A DNA stretch of 6,699 bases from a virus (Duplodnaviria; Heunggongvirae; Uroviricota; Caudoviricetes), in IMG/VR virus record IMGVR_UViG_2529293265_000005; one strand, written 5' to 3'. The notes below the pieces were generated by a model that was not told the origin of the DNA, ran no database searches, and saw only the letters and a program-made list of their open reading frames with translations. Every line of letters begins with the position of its first letter. Positions within the stretch are counted from its first letter, which is position 1. Below are positions 6,439 through 6,699 of this stretch, piece by piece. Both the position numbers and the translations under genes were made by a program.

Positions 6439-6699
6439 ATGAAAAAAAGAAATTTTAGCGCAGAGTTTAAACGCGAATCCGCTCAACTGGTTGTTGACCA
6501 GAAATACACGGTGGCAGATGCCGCCAAAGCTATGGATGTTGGCCTTTCCACAATGACAAGATGGGTCAAACAACTGCGTGATGAGCGTCAGGGCAAAACA
6601 CCAAAAGCCTCTCCGATAACACCAGAACAAATCGAAATACGTAAGCTGAGGAAAAAGCTACAACGCATTGAAATGGAGAATGAAATATTAAAAAGGCTA
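6439..6699 (+). CDS. insN: IS3-family transposase OrfA (IS911 OrfA-like, helix-turn-helix plus leucine zipper), 3' partial
   Basis: ATG 6439 has AGGTG 6 nt upstream. Translation [87 protein letters not shown] stays open for 87 codons to the window edge. Absent from the ORF track only because no stop is reached. Confidence 0.88.
   Translation, partial: MKKRNFSAEFKRESAQLVVDQKYTVADAAKAMDVGLSTMTRWVKQLRDERQGKTPKASPITPEQIEIRKLRKKLQRIEMENEILKRL

Larger units (their letters stand above)
6367..6699 (+). mobile_element. IS911-like IS3-family insertion sequence, left end only (runs off the window end)
   Basis: Starts with the TG dinucleotide typical of IS3-family ends (TGAAGTGGCACACTGAATTTGGCCACCTGAACAGAG) and carries orfA 72 nt inside. 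All three minus-strand frames of the flanking phage DNA close within about 40 bp of 6366. Confidence 0.8.

Noticed and set aside
6412-6630. Minus-strand 72-aa ORF ([10 protein letters not shown]...) inside the IS911-like element
   Set aside because: Antisense to the strongly supported orfA reading frame.
1-6699. Search for tRNA genes, CRISPR repeats and attachment-site repeats
   Set aside because: No T-loop-like GTTCGAATC motifs with cloverleaf context, no regularly spaced direct repeats, and no integrase gene in the window. Nothing supportable.

Overview
This window is a degraded lambdoid prophage segment of E. coli/Shigella type, with every phage gene on the minus strand and an insertion sequence at each end. 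Identifications rest on ORF structure, start/stop context and recalled protein families; no database search was possible. Reading the minus strand from right to left: an IS911-like IS3-family element (left inverted repeat from 6367, orfA 6439 to the window end, plus strand); about 540 bp of structured non-coding leader; a phage-21-type lysis cassette (dual-start pinholin S, SAR endolysin R, Rz with Rz1 embedded out of frame); an HNH endonuclease; a GC-rich inverted repeat in the gap where HK97-like phages carry cos; the P27-family terminase small subunit; the terminase large subunit; a 60-aa two-helix membrane ORF; an HK97-family portal gene; and an IS4-like element (1-578). The portal gene appears frameshifted near its 5' end and is cut at its 3' end by the IS4 insertion, and the IS4 transposase frame is itself interrupted. 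The most unusual item is the small membrane ORF wedged between terminase and portal with coupled junctions on both sides. No rRNA, tRNA or CRISPR array was seen.
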